Below, one piece after another: positions 42,496-54,520 of a stretch of 64,000 bases of DNA. A model generated the notes under the pieces. That model made no database searches and had not been told where the DNA came from. It worked only from the letters and a program-made list of their open reading frames with translations. The first letter of the stretch is position 1, and each line of letters starts with the position of its first letter. A program made the translations under genes and the position numbers. The stretch comes from an uncultured Chloroflexia bacterium (GTDB taxonomy: Bacteria > Chloroflexota > UBA6077 > JACCZL01), in assembly GCA_963765765.1 (NCBI GenBank), contig CAVXYC010000001.1, forward strand, positions 192,001-256,000, in the 5' to 3' direction.

Positions 42496-43567
42496 CAGAG
42501 CCGTCGGTTGGAAGGCCCTGACGCTCTAGCTCGGCCAGGAATGGGTGGGGCGGATCGCCAGCATAGAGCCACCGGTGGGCACGCTCAGCATCTGCTTCGG
42601 GTTGAGCCAGCGCACGTTGTTCTGCGTCTTCGACCATTTGAGCGATCGAATCGCGCATGGCCCGGTCCGAATCTGCGTCAAGCAGTCCGCGCACCTCGAG
42701 ATCGCGTCGCAGCTTCGGCAAAGGGTCGGCAGCCTCAGTCGCGGCGTGCTCCTCGGCGGTGCGATAAGCATCATCGTCCTGGGACGAATGTGGCGTCATG
42801 CGCGGAACCATGGCCTCGATGATCGACTGGTCCAGCGCCCGAACGAGCTCGCTCAATGGCCTCGTGGGCGGCGATAAACACCGCTCGCGCATCGGTGCCA
42901 TCCACGCGGGTTCCCGGGCATTCCGTACGCGCAGGCGCGCGCCGCGAGCGAGCCCCCGGTGATCTGAAGCGACGTCGGCACGCTGATCGCGTAGCCATTG
43001 TTCTCACACACGAACACCACGGGAAGCTGGTGGATGCCGGGAAAATTCATGGCCTCGTGCGCGGCGCCCTCAGACGATGCGCCGTCGCCGAACATGCATA
43101 CCGCCACGCTATCCTCGCCTAGCACTCGAGCGGCATAAGCCGCACCGACCGCGTGCGGAAGGTGTCCCGCGACAGCGCTGGACATCGAGCCGATGCGCAG
43201 CCTGGGACTGGAGAGGTGGATGGAAAGCTGTCGGCCGCCGGAATGTGGATCGTCAGCCCGGGCAAGGCAGCCCAGAAGCAGCTCGTACGGCGTCACGCCC
43301 AGCATGATGGCCGCGGCCATATCGCGATAGTAAAGCCAGGCTGAGTCCAGGCCCACGCGCATCGCGGCAGCCACACTGACCTGCGCAACCTCATGTCCGC
43401 GCGGCGTGAGGACAAAGCCGGCTCGCCCCTGGCGGGCCATGATCCACATACGCTCGTCCACAATTCGGCACGTGAGCACCGCGCGGTAGATGCGCAGGAG
43501 AACCTCGTCCTCCTGCTGCGGCGTCAGGCTGGACAAAGGTCGATGCGGCGGCAGAATCCAGGGTCAT
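42488..43567 (-). CDS. 2-oxo-acid dehydrogenase E1 alpha subunit (frameshifted)
   Basis: GHEVAQ, YYRD, GGRQ...H, TPP motif FGDGASSEG..ENNGYAIS, PHSS.DD..YR. Confidence 0.9.
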
Positions 43568-43726
43568 TCGAGAAGAGATTCGTTCGTGAACCTCGCCGCA
43601 ATTATACGCGGCTGCGAGGTGTCCACCGTGCACAAACGACAGCCTGCTCTCCTGCGCTAGCGCTACTCGTCGGGCTCCCAACGTGATGGAAGGGCGGATT
43701 TCTTTTGCCACCCGTAACAGCTTCGC

Positions 43727-44149
43727 TCAGCTTTCCTTATTCCACACCACCTCGGCCTCGAGGCCGTCCGGGTCACGGAAGAAAACACTGAGGGCGCTGC
43801 CAAAGTCAGTGATCGTGCCATCGCTAGCACCTAGTTTGATCAGCCGCTCTCGAACGACGTCCAGCGCTTCGCGGCTTCCAGCATTGAGTCCCAGGTGATC
43901 GATGCGGCCACGACCGAACATCGGCGTCTGCACCTCGGCCTGAGTGTTGCCCGGAACCTGAAAGACATTCAGTGCGCTGGGTCCGCCCAGGGTCATCACC
44001 ACCATGCGCTCGCCCTCGCGCTTGCCGTGATTTGGATTGTCGAAGACCACCTCCGCGTCGAAGGCATCCTGATAGAAGCGAATGAACCGATCCATGTCCG
44101 AGGTGAGAATGGCGACGTGATTCACACCGTTGAGGACTGATTTCGACAT
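43727..44149 (-). CDS. VOC/glyoxalase family protein
   Basis: NHVAILT.D.DRFIRFY, IDHLGL, FFRDPDGLEAEV. Confidence 0.9.
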   Translation of the reverse strand: MSKSVLNGVNHVAILTSDMDRFIRFYQDAFDAEVVFDNPNHGKREGERMVVMTLGGPSALNVFQVPGNTQAEVQTPMFGRGRIDHLGLNAGSREALDVVRERLIKLGASDGTITDFGSALSVFFRDPDGLEAEVVWNKES

Positions 44150-44261
44150 ACGCTGAATCTCCGGTTGCGTCTGATCTTCGCCTCAGCTTACGCCTTCAGC
44201 GTGCGGCGCAAGAGTCATCGACGGACGTCCTGACATTTCGGTGTCTATTTCCCTGTGGAAA

Positions 44262-44293
44262 CTAACGTTGTCTTAACGTTCTCAGAATACAAT
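44262..44293 (+). promoter_or_regulatory. TAACGTT direct repeat at 11-bp period followed by TACAAT -10 (OmpR/PhoB-type site)
   Basis: CTAACGTTGTC TTAACGTTCTC AGAA TACAAT upstream of 44317. Confidence 0.45.
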
Positions 44294-44316
44294 CGGGCGC
44301 GGGGAAAAAGGGAGAT

Positions 44317-44661
44317 ATGCGGAAGCTCATTCTTGCGGTCACAATGAATGTGATCGCGGCGCTGGCGCCGATGCTGGCACAGGCGAGCCACGACCCATTC
44401 GTGCGTCTTGTTTGCTATGGGCCAGCTCCGGTTCGCGCAGTGGCAACCATCGACATCGATGGGTCGCCGGTCCAAATCAGCTGCAATGAGGGACAACCAG
44501 TCTCCGAAGTAGCCGTGGCGCCTCGCTCACCTTCCTGGGTTCTGCACCTGGAAATGGTCACGCCCCTGGGCATTCGAACCGTTATGCGCCAGGGTACTGA
44601 GTGGCCGCTCAGGTTTTCCACGGAGCTCGACAATCGGGAGTGTCAGCTAGACCTGCACTGA
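44317..44661 (+). CDS. Hypothetical secreted protein
   Basis: GGGAGA RBS, signal peptide ending AQA, three Cys. Confidence 0.6.
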   Translation: MRKLILAVTMNVIAALAPMLAQASHDPFVRLVCYGPAPVRAVATIDIDGSPVQISCNEGQPVSEVAVAPRSPSWVLHLEMVTPLGIRTVMRQGTEWPLRFSTELDNRECQLDLH

Positions 44662-44718
44662 GACCCTTTCGCAACATCTGGGCGCGTAATCCAGTGTCGG
44701 GTGCGTAATGTAACCCGC

Positions 44719-44800
44719 GTAGCACGGGCCCTTGTGGCCTGTGCCTGGGGACGCCTCTACAGCGAACAGCGATCCTGCCGTTGATTCCTAGGCACAGGCC
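44719..44800. repeat. GTAG-family REP doublet with right arm truncated at the att junction
   Basis: GTAGCACGGGCCCTTGTGGCCTGTGCCTGGG ... CCTAGGCACAGGCC; same family as 10963-11083. Confidence 0.7.
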
Positions 44801-44843
44801 TTTAAGCCGTTGGTCGGGGGTTCGAATCCCCTCGGGCGCGCCA
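44797..44843 (+). other. 3' half of a tRNA gene (Arg-like acceptor), att-site fragment; no 5' half
   Basis: GGCCTTTAAGCCGT TGGTC GGGGG TTCGAAT CCCCT CGGGCGC G CCA; no acceptor 5' strand or D arm upstream. Confidence 0.8.
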
Positions 44844-44940
44844 CCATTTTGAGATTGAAAACACTCCCTCCAAGGTTGTACGGCGGGGCGTTTTCGGGAG
44901 CGTTTTCTCTTTAGTGCCGGAATGACTGCCGGAACTGGCG

Positions 44941-45135
44941 TCAGATGGCGTCCCTAAACGCTTCCTCGATCTTGCTAGCCGCCTCGGCGTCCTGGCTGCG
45001 GACCATTTGGCTGTACGCGGTAAGCGTGATCGCGGGGGTGCTGTGGCCCAGCCGCTCGGACATCACTCGTAAGGGGACACTCATAGCGTGCATCGCGCTC
45101 GCGTTCGCGTGGCGGAGGTCATGCGGGCGGTAGCG
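44941..45135 (-). pseudogene. Tyrosine integrase C-terminal remnant
   Basis: RPHDLRH, ERLGHS, T...Y catalytic motifs; points at tRNA fragment; TGCCGGAA direct repeats at 44915 and 44927. Confidence 0.88.
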
Positions 45136-45561
45136 TTGTCGGCAACTTTGCGCGCTTGAGTGCCACTTCTTTGCGAGCGGCCCGTCAACCGCAGTGAACT
45201 GACCGTGAAAGTCCAAAATCAGCGACGGTACGTTCTGGGCTGCATAGCTCGCTGATTACCCTGGCAACCGTCTACGATTTACTTAGCCAGGGATACCGAG
45301 CACAAACAAATGGGAACTACCCTGCACGCTTGGCTTCCTTGGGTCGCTTCCCGGCCCCTATTCGTAATGCTGAGGTGCGCGGGATAGTGACAGACGGCAC
45401 TTCTAGAAGTGCCGATCGTTACCTTGCTCCCAGGGCAGTAGCGCGTTACGCTCGCGTCAAAAAGAGTCGATTCGATCTGAGATCGCCGCGGGAATGGCAT
45501 GGAATACCCGGTGCTCGGTCAGGTTGGCGCGAACCGATGTCGCACTCGCGGAAGCATTCCG

Positions 45562-46230
45562 ATGCCCATTCGTGTCTTGATCGCCGACGACCATGCGTTG
45601 ATGCGAACCGGGCTGCGGGCACTGCTGGAACGGACCCCCGAGATCCGCGTGGTCGCGGAGGCGGCCGACGGGCGCGAGGCGCTGGCGCTCGTCGCCAGGC
45701 ACCGGGCCGGACGTCGTGCTGATGGACGTGACGATGGATGGCCTGAACGGCCTCGACGCTACGGTCCGCGCCGTCCGGGAGCATCGTGACGTGCGGGTCA
45801 TCGTGCTATCCATGCACAAGAGCGAGGAATACGTCGTGCAGGCGTTGCGGGCCGGCGCGTCGGGTTACCTGCTGAAGGACGCCGCGACCTCCGAGCTGGA
45901 GACGGCAATCCGGACCGTTATGCAGCGGCGCAACCCATCTAAGCCCCGAGGCCTCGCGCCGGGTCGCGGAGTACGAGGGGCGAGAGGTGGGAGCTCTCGG
46001 CTCGCGACTAGCGCAGCTCTGAATCCCAGCAACACTTAACCCCCCGCGAGCCGGGAGTGCTACAACTGATCGCGGAAGGGCGCACGATGCAGGAGATCGC
46101 GCGGATCCTGGCGATCAGCTCAAAGACGGTGGAGACGCATCGGTATCGGCTGATGGATCGGCTCAACATCCACCACGTCGCGGGGCTGGTGCGCCACGCC
46201 GTTCACATCGGCCTGGTCCAGCCAGAGTAG
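45562..46230 (+). CDS. NarL/LuxR family response regulator (several frameshifts)
   Basis: [34 protein letters not shown]. Confidence 0.88.
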
Positions 46231-46452
46231 CAGTCGTGGAGGCATTGGCACGGAAACCCGCTTCTCCGGTTTCTCAAGGCAGGCACCGAATGTTGTCGCA
46301 ACTCTGGGCATGCCCTTCCCGGGGGATCATCGGGAAACTTGCTGGAATACCGACAGGGTGCTCCGTAGACCATGCACTGGAGACATCACAATGGGTGACG
46401 GCTGTGAGCAGGCTGCCCGGTGGCCTCCGCAGCCAGCCAGGCCGGTGCGGGG

Positions 46453-48399
46453 ATGCCGACGCGGTTGTGGGCCAGTGTGCTACTGCTGACAGCCCTGCTC
46501 ATCACCCTGGCGGCCTCGGGCGTCGATCGTGGACCAACGCCCGTGTTCGCCCAGGGCGCAGCCGATCCTTCGCTACCGCGGCGCGTGCTGGTGCTCTTCC
46601 CGGGCCACAACCTCGATCCGATCGCGGCGCTCCTCGAGCGGGGCCTGCGGGACGCGCTGCGGGCGGACGGCGCGGAGGCAGAGCCGCTGGCGGTGTACAC
46701 CGAGTTCCTGGACACCGGGCGCATGTCCGATGCCGCGATGCAGCAAGCGCAACTGGAGTGGCTGCATCGGGAAGTACGCGGACCGGCCGCCGGACGCGGT
46801 CGTCGCCTTCGGCACGTCGACCGCCCGGAGGCTGGGCATGTTCTCGCAGAGCCGCTCTTCCCGGACGCCGTGGCCGTCTTCGCGGCACTTGACCCGCTCG
46901 TGTTCCCCGACCTGGCTCTGCCCCCGGACGCTGACGCGCTGTGGGTGCGGTACAACATCGGCGAGACGCTGGGCCTCGCCCTCAACTTGCAGCCGAACGG
47001 TACGGCGGGTGCTGCTGGTCGCCAGCACCGGACGGACTTCAACCAGGCGATGCTGACGCTGGCTCGGCGGCAGGTCGCCCCGTACGCCGCACGGGTCGCC
47101 ATCGAGGAGGTGGCGGACCTCTCGATGGACGCGCTGGTGCAACGGCTATCGGCGCTACCACCGGAGTACGGCGGTGGTCTTCCTCGCGATGAACCGCGAT
47201 GGGGCCGGGACGCCATTGCCGGTGGGCGAGGGGCTGCGACGGGTGGTCGCCGCCGCGGCCGTGCCGGTGTATACCAACACCGAAACGAGCGTGGGAGGTG
47301 GGGTGGTCGGCGGCGCGGTCACGAATGCTACGCGACCCTCGGGGACGCGGCGGCGCAGCTTGTACTGCGCCGGTTAAGGGACTGGGACACAAATCCCGAC
47401 TCGCGTATGTCGGTGACGCCGATGTTTGTGATCGACTGGCGGCAGCTGCAGCGATGGGGGCTTCGGGAAGACCGTCTGCCGCCGAAGAGCCAGGTGCGAT
47501 ATAAGGAGCCGTCCATCTGGGAGCAGTACCGCTGGCACATGGTTAGCGCGCTGCTGCTCATCCTCGCCCAGAGCCTGCTCGTGACCGGCCTCCTGGTGGA
47601 GCACCGGCACCGGATGCGCACGCAGACAACGCTCGCTGAGCGCCAGGAAGAGCTGATCACGGTCAACACGACCTTGAGCGGGCGCACCGATGAGGTCAAG
47701 ACGCGCAACGCCCAGGTCCGGACACTGGGCCGGCAAGCTCATCACGGCCCAGGAGCATGAGCGCGCCCATATCGCGCGTGAACTGCACGACGAGATCGGC
47801 CAGGCTCTCACCATCGTCAAGATCAATCTCGACACCGTTCCGGATCGGCGTCAGACACAGTCTCGATCAGATCGATGCTCGATGAAGGCTCGACGTCGGT
47901 CGATCAGGCGCTCGAGCAGGTGCGTGACCTGTCGCTGCTGTTGCGCCCGTCGTTGCTCGATCATCTGGGCCTGGAGGGCGGCGCTGCGCTGGCTGGTGGG
48001 CAGCCAGGCGCAGCGTGTCGGCTACCGTGCGAACCTCTCGGTCGAAAAGCTGCAGCCGCCTCCATCGGATGACGTCGCGCTTATCTGCTATCGCGTCGCG
48101 CAGGAGGCGGCTGACGAACGTCGCTCGCCACGCGTCGGCCAGTAATGTGTGGGTTGATCTTCGGGTCATCGCCGGGAATCTCCGTCTGACGATTGGCGAC
48201 GATGGCGACGGGTTCGAAGTGGCCTCCATGCAGCAGCGTGCGCGCGAAGGTGGAAGCGCGGGATTGCTCGACCTCGAGGAGCGAGCTAACCTGGGCCATG
48301 GTGATCTCACCATCGCATCGGAGCCCGGGCACGGCACGACGTCTCACGCTCACCGTTCCGTACGCGGGTGCGGCATCAGCAGGTGGGGATGACACCTAG
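46453..48399 (+). CDS. HisKA_3 sensor histidine kinase with SBP-like extracellular domain (many frameshifts)
   Basis: YTEFLD, IDWRQLQRWG, EPSIWEQYR, IARELHDEIGQAL, YRVAQE, DDGDGF. Confidence 0.82.
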
Positions 48400-48669
48400 A
48401 CCGAAGCCCGCTAGAGCATTGGTCCAGAACTCAGAAGAGCCATAAAGAAGAGGGGCGTCAGTCACTCCGTAGGGGCGTGGTTTCTCGCGCCCGAACGGTA
48501 CGCTCAGGTCGTGGCGAGTTCGGATCGGGCTGGATTCCCCCGCCCCTACCGTAAGTGCGAGGCATCTACCCGCGTCTCGCGAAGGTCTGCACTGGCGCTC
48601 CTTACACCCTTGACCGCGGTAGATCTGTCCTGCACCCGGACCGATGCTCTACTGTCAGGCTTTTTCCCG

Positions 48670-49218
48670 ATGGCGCGTCTCGCGCCGATACGTAGACTGG
48701 TCAGTAGGTGCTGGCTCAATGGACAGCGTGCTCACTGGTCGCGGATTGCAGGCTCACCTACGACACCTTCGATGGCTCACCGACCGGCTGCGGCTCCAGA
48801 TTCCGGGAACATCTGGACCCTGTTGGCGGATGATAGCCCACGATTCCTGGAGCCGCTCCGACGGTTCCTGCGGACACAACCGGTCGACATCGTTGGAGAG
48901 GCTCATACGGGTCCGGCGACGCCTGCGCCTCCTCGAAGTACTCTTGGTGCCCGATCTCCTCCTGTTGGACCTGGAGATGCCTGAACTCGATGGACTGACA
49001 GTGCTTCGAATCACGAAGATGCGGCCTGGGCGGGGCTCGCGTCATCGTCGTATACCATGCACGATCAGGAAGAGTATCGTGTCGCAGCCGTCGAGGCGGG
49101 CGCAGACGGATTCGTCGCCAAGCGCGAGCTGACCACGGCTTTGGCGCCGATGATACGTCAGTTGTTCGCCGATACCCGGGAACGTGAGATACTCATGGAT
49201 GGCAGTGTTCTCCGATGA
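48670..49218 (+). CDS. Single-domain response regulator (frameshifted)
   Basis: LLADD, PDLLLLDLEMPELDG, AGADGFVAK. Confidence 0.72.
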
Positions 49219-51047
49219 GTGACATCACCCTGACGTTCGCCATCCTGGTGGCGGTCGTTGCGCTCTTTATCTGGAACCGGATCCCGGTAGCCCTCGTGGC
49301 CGTTGGCGCCGCGCTGGCGCTGTTCGCCACGGGGATCCTCAGCATCAACGAGGCGCTCGCCGGCTTCGGCGACCCGACGGTGATCTTCATCGCAGCGCTG
49401 TTCATCGTCAGCGAGGGGCTCGATGCATCGGGCTCTGACCGCGCGGGCTGGACAGGAGCTCGGCACTCGGGCCGGACGGAGTAGGCCGCTATTCGCCGTT
49501 GCTACTTCACCATGCTGCTGGTCGCGCCGCTCACCGCGCTGATCAATCCCGAACGGTTCAGTGGCCGCCCTGCCCCCGGTCGTTGCCCTCACCGCGATGC
49601 GGGTCGGCCTGATCTCCATCACAGGTGCTGATGCCACTCGCGTTCGCCGCTCACGCCGGCTCGATGCTCGGCGTTGACCGGGACGGCGATCAACGTGCTT
49701 GTCTCCGACGCGGCCGAGGAGGCCGGCGGTGGGGACGCTTTGGGTACTTCGAATTCGCGCTTAACGGCATCCCCCTCCTGCATTGGCACAATCGCTCATC
49801 GTGCTCCTGTTCGGCGAGCGACTCCTACCTGATCGGAATGCCTCGCCAGATCCCGCCCCACTTCAGCACACACTTCCGGACGCTCAGCACGTCAGTACGG
49901 GCTCGATGCCCGGATGCACCGACTACTCAATTAGATCTGGCTCGCCGTACGTCGGACGCTCGCAGACTCGCCCTTGATCTGCGACACGTATCCGGACCCT
50001 GGACCTGGTTGGCGTCCAGGTCCAGGGTGAGGGCGGCCTGGTCAACGACGCCGTGCTCGCCCGCCGATGACGTCCTCATCGTTCGTGGGTGACTCGGACT
50101 CGGTTCAACACCTGGCCGGTCGACGGAGGGCTCGTCGCCAGCTCTGGCCCCCCGGTCAACGGCACGGACGCACTCGTCACGAGCCAGTACGGCGTGGCCG
50201 AAGTCGTGATCCGCCCGCGGTCCGGCCTGGTCGGGGAGACCGTGTTCCCCGGGATGGTGACGGACAGCGGGGATCTCGTGATCGTGGCCATTCAACGGCG
50301 CGGCGAGGACATGGGGCCCATGAGACCGTCCTGGCCGGCGGGCGAACGCTGCTGCTCGAAGGGACCTGGGGCGCCCTTGAGGCGAACCTCGATGACCCTG
50401 ACGTGCTCATCGTCGACTCACCGGAGGCGGTCCGCCGCCAGGCCGCACCGCTGGGGACGCGGCGAAGAAGATGCTCGTCATCCTCGCCGGCGATGGTCGT
50501 CCTCCTGGTCACCGGCGTTCGTGCCGGCCGTCGTCGCGGGTCTGCTGGCGGCAGGCGCCTTGATCCTGACGCGCGTGATCACGCTGGAGCAGGCCTATCG
50601 CGGCATCTCCTTGACCACCGTCATCCTCGTCGCTGGCATGGTGCCCGGTCTCGACGGCGATGCAGAAGACCGGCGCGGCGACGTTGCTCGCCGACACACT
50701 CGTCCAGGGTCGTCGGCGATGCGGGGCCTCACGCCCTGCTGATCGGGCTCTTCCTGCTTACGGCGACCCTCGGCCAGTTGATCAGCAACACGGCGACTGC
50801 GCTGATCGTGATCCCGATCGCCCTCTCGGCGTCGGCCGACATGGGTGTGTCGGTGCGGCCGGTACTGATGGCGGTCACCGTGGCGGCGGCGGCGTCGTTC
50901 CTGACGCCGGTCGCCACTCCAGCCAACCTGATGGTGATGGGACCCGGCGGGTATCGCTTCGGGGACTACGCGAAGCTCGGGTTGCCGCTGCTGTTTCTGT
51001 ACTTCCTGGTGGCAACGCTGCTCGTGCCGATCTTCTGGCCATTTTGA
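49215..51047 (+). CDS. SLC13/CitMHS permease with TrkA-C domains (many frameshifts)
   Basis: GFGDP.VIFIAALF, MPLAFAAHAGS, ISNTAT, FLTPVATPANLMV..PGGY.F.DY. Confidence 0.82.
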
Positions 51048-51214
51048 CTGGACGATGGTGAGCACGGATCGATCCCTCGACCAGATATGAGATGACCGCG
51101 TTGAACGGAGGGTCAAGGCGCTGAACGAATACAGAGCTTGATTTCTGGGGCGACCGGTTGTACGGCCAGCGCTGTCGTGCGAGGCGCTCGATTCCGATAG
51201 GAGGAGCTTTCGAC

Positions 51215-52734
51215 ATGGCAACAAAGATGCGTACCGCTGAGGTCGATTTGACACCCTCACTCAAACAGTCCGCGTCCGGTGATCGTGGACGTCGCCGCTT
51301 CGGTGCCGGCGAGCGCGACCGCCGTCAGCGAGCCGGTGCGGTCCTCAGGAGACGTACCGGCGCCGGTCGGCCTCGACCGAGCCACGCTCAACGCCGCCGG
51401 CTTCACTGGTGCGCCCGGCGAGACGCTGATCATCCCCAGGTCCGATGGGCCAACCCTCGTACTCGTCGGCGTCGGCGACCCGCCCGGGATCGACGCTGCC
51501 AGGCTGCGCGACGCGGCAGCGTCGTTTGCAAGAGGCGCCCGCAATCATGCTCGCCTCGCCATCGACCTGGATGTCCTCGTCGGCGTGCCGTTCGACGTCG
51601 CGGCGCAGGCGATCGTCGAGGGCGTGCTGCTTGCCCGCTACCGCTACGAAACGTTCCGACAGAAGCCATCCGGGACACCGCTCGAGGCGCTGACGCTCGT
51701 CGCGCGGCCTGATCGCCACGACGACCTCGCCAGGGGTGTCAAGCGTGGCAAGATCACCGCCGCTGCCGCCCAGCTTGCTCGCGACCTCGCGAACGCGCCC
51801 GCCACCCACCTGACGGCCACCAGAATGGGCGAGATGGCCGAGGAGCTCGCGGCCGAGCGCGGGATCCAGGTCGAGGTGTACGGCAAGGACGCGCTCGTCG
51901 AGATGGGCTGCGGCGGCCTGCTGGGTGTCAATGCCGGCAGCGCGGAGCCGCCTCGTCTGATCAAGATGAGCTATCGGCCGAAGAGCGGCCAGGCGACTGG
52001 CCACCTGGCGATGGTCGGCAAAGGGATCATGTACGACTCGGGCGGGCTCAGCCTGAAGCCGAGTGATGCCTCGCACCAGGCGATGAAGATGGACATGTCC
52101 GGCGCCGCCGCGATCTTCGGCGCGATCTCGGCGCTAGCCGCCCTGGACTGCCAGTCGGCGGTCACCGGCTACCTGATGTGCACGGACAACATGCCGTCGG
52201 GCACGGCGACGAGGCTCGGCGACGTGCTGACGATCCGCGGCTGGAAGACCGTCGAGGTGCACCAACGCCGACGCCGAGGGCCGGCTGGTGATGGCCGACG
52301 GCCTGGTGCTGGCGACCGAGGATAAGGCCGATGCGATCGTCGACATCGCCACGCTCACCGGGGCGATGATGCGGGCGCTGGGCGAGGGCATGGCGGGCGT
52401 CATGGGCAACAACCAGGCGTTCGTCAATCAGGTGATGGCTGCGGCCAACACGACCGACGAGCAACTCTGGCAGTTTCCGCTGAACCGGCGCTACCGCCCT
52501 TTGCTCGATTCCCCGATTGCGGACATGCGGAACATCGGCGGCGAGAACGCCGGCCAGATCGTCGCCGGCCTGTTCCTGGTGGAGTTCGTCGGCTCGACGC
52601 CCTGGGCGCACATCGACATCGCCGGCACGATGCAGGCGACCGCCGACGATTCCTGGCGGTCACGGGGCGCGATCGGATTTGGGACTCGCCTCCTGATCGA
52701 CCTCGCGCTGGACTTCAAACCGGTGACCTCCTGA
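51215..52734 (+). CDS. pepA: Leucyl aminopeptidase, M17 family (frameshifted)
   Basis: ARDLAN.P, VGKGI.YDSGGLSLKP, MKMDMSGAA, NADAEGRL, DIATLTGA, WAHIDIAG. Confidence 0.9.
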
Positions 52735-52792
52735 CGGGAGCGCATCGCTGTGTCCACACCGCCAGGCCGCTGACGAGAAAGGATCGATCTCC

Positions 52793-54391
52793 ATGAGCCA
52801 GCCGAGCGAAGTCCTCGTCCCACAGCCCGAAATGTCCGGCGATGACGTCGAGCATCATGAGATCTTCGAGCCGAAGGGCTTCATGGAGAAGATGCTGGAC
52901 GGCATCGAGAAGGTCGGCAACATGGTGCCACACCCGGTCGTGATCTTCTTGATCCTGTGCGGCATCGTCATCGTCCTCTCCCATGTGCTCTACCTGCTGG
53001 GGACGAGCGTCATCGTCGAGGTGATCGATCCTGAGACAGATGTCCTGAAGCAGGAGACGACGGCCGTCAAGAGCCTGCTGACGGCCGAAGGGCTCCGCTT
53101 CATCTACACGTCCCGATCACCAACTTCCTCAACTTCAACGCGATTGGCATCATCCTGGTCGCAATGGTCGGGGTCGGCGTCGCCGACGAGGCCGGCATGA
53201 TCGCAGCGCTGATCAGGAAGGTCGTTGCGGTGTCCCCCGGCTGGGCGCTTGCCTACATCCTGGCGGGACTGGGGATTCTGTCGAGCATCGCGTCCGACGC
53301 TGGCTACGTGGTCCTGATCCCGCTTGGCGCCATCGCCTATCTCGCGTCAGGTCGGCATCCGATCGCCGGCCTGACGTTGACGTTCGCGGCGGTCGCCGCC
53401 GCGTTCGGCGTGAACTTCATCATAGCGCCGCTGGACGGGGTACTGACCGAGATCACCAACGATGCGATCCACCTGTCAGACCCGTCGATCACCCTCAACG
53501 TGACCGCGAACCTCTACTTCTCGCTCGCGTCGTCGGTGCTGCTCATGGTGTTGATCGCCGTGATGAGCAAGTGGTTCATGGAGCCTCGGCTCACCCCGTA
53601 TGAAGGCGAGGCGTTGGCTCGAGGAAGCCGACGAAGAGGCGGTGGCCCTCGAAGGGAAGGGACTGCGGTGGGCGCTCTACGCGTTTCTCGGCTTTCTCGC
53701 CGTCTTGTTGTTGCTGACGCTGCCCGCCGGGGCTCCCCTGCGTGATCCCGCGACCGGGTCGCTCGGCGGCATGTCTCCGTTCATGAACAGCATCATCATC
53801 ACGGTCATGTTGTTGTTCCTGGCAACGGGAGCCGCCTTCGGCGCCGCCACCGGCAAGTACAAGGATATCGGCGACGTCATTCGGGCAATCGAGAAGACAT
53901 TCGCCGGCCTGGGCGGCCTGGTCTTCCTCTTCCTGGTCATCGCGCAGTTCATCGCCTACTTCAACTACACGAACATGGCGACCATTGCGGCGGTGAACAT
54001 GGCCGACGCGCTGGAAACCGTCAACGTCGGTGCGATCCCGTTGCTCCTGGGGTTTGTGGTGGTCATCGCCATCATCGACATCATCCTCGGCGGGGCAATC
54101 CCGAAGTGGGCGATCTTTGCTCCGATCTTCGTACCGCTGTTCATGCGCCTCGGCATTCCGCCAGAGGCCGTGCTGGCGGCGTATCGGGTCGGGGATTCGC
54201 CGCTCAACGCAATCACGCCACTCATGGCGTACTTCGCGCTGATCCTCACGTACGTCCAGCGCTACGACAAGCACGCAGGCGTCGGCACGATGGTCGCGAT
54301 GATGATCCCGTACACCGTGGTGATCCTGACGGTCTGGACCGTGTTCCTGGTGGTCTGGGTCGCATTGGGCATCCCGTTCGGGCCGAAGTAG
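52793..54391 (+). CDS. AbgT family transporter (frameshifted)
   Basis: IEKVGN.VPHP, SDAGYVVLIPL, GRHPIAG, AYRVGDS..N.ITP, G.GT..AMMIPY. Confidence 0.9.
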
Positions 54392-54520
54392 GGGCAGCGC
54401 GCGCCTGTTGTCCATCCAGAGGAACGCCGCGTGGAATGGGCGTCGGGGTGCTCGTGCGGCTGGCGCCCGCGATAAGTTTGCGCCCGAAGTCGGCCTTCAC
54501 CGGCGGAAGGGAGATGAACG

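Noticed and set aside
44680-44846. Intact or intron-containing tRNA gene
   Set aside because: No 5' acceptor strand complementary to CGGGCGC and no D arm upstream; intervening sequence is a REP; anticodon loop has 6 nt so identity is uncertain
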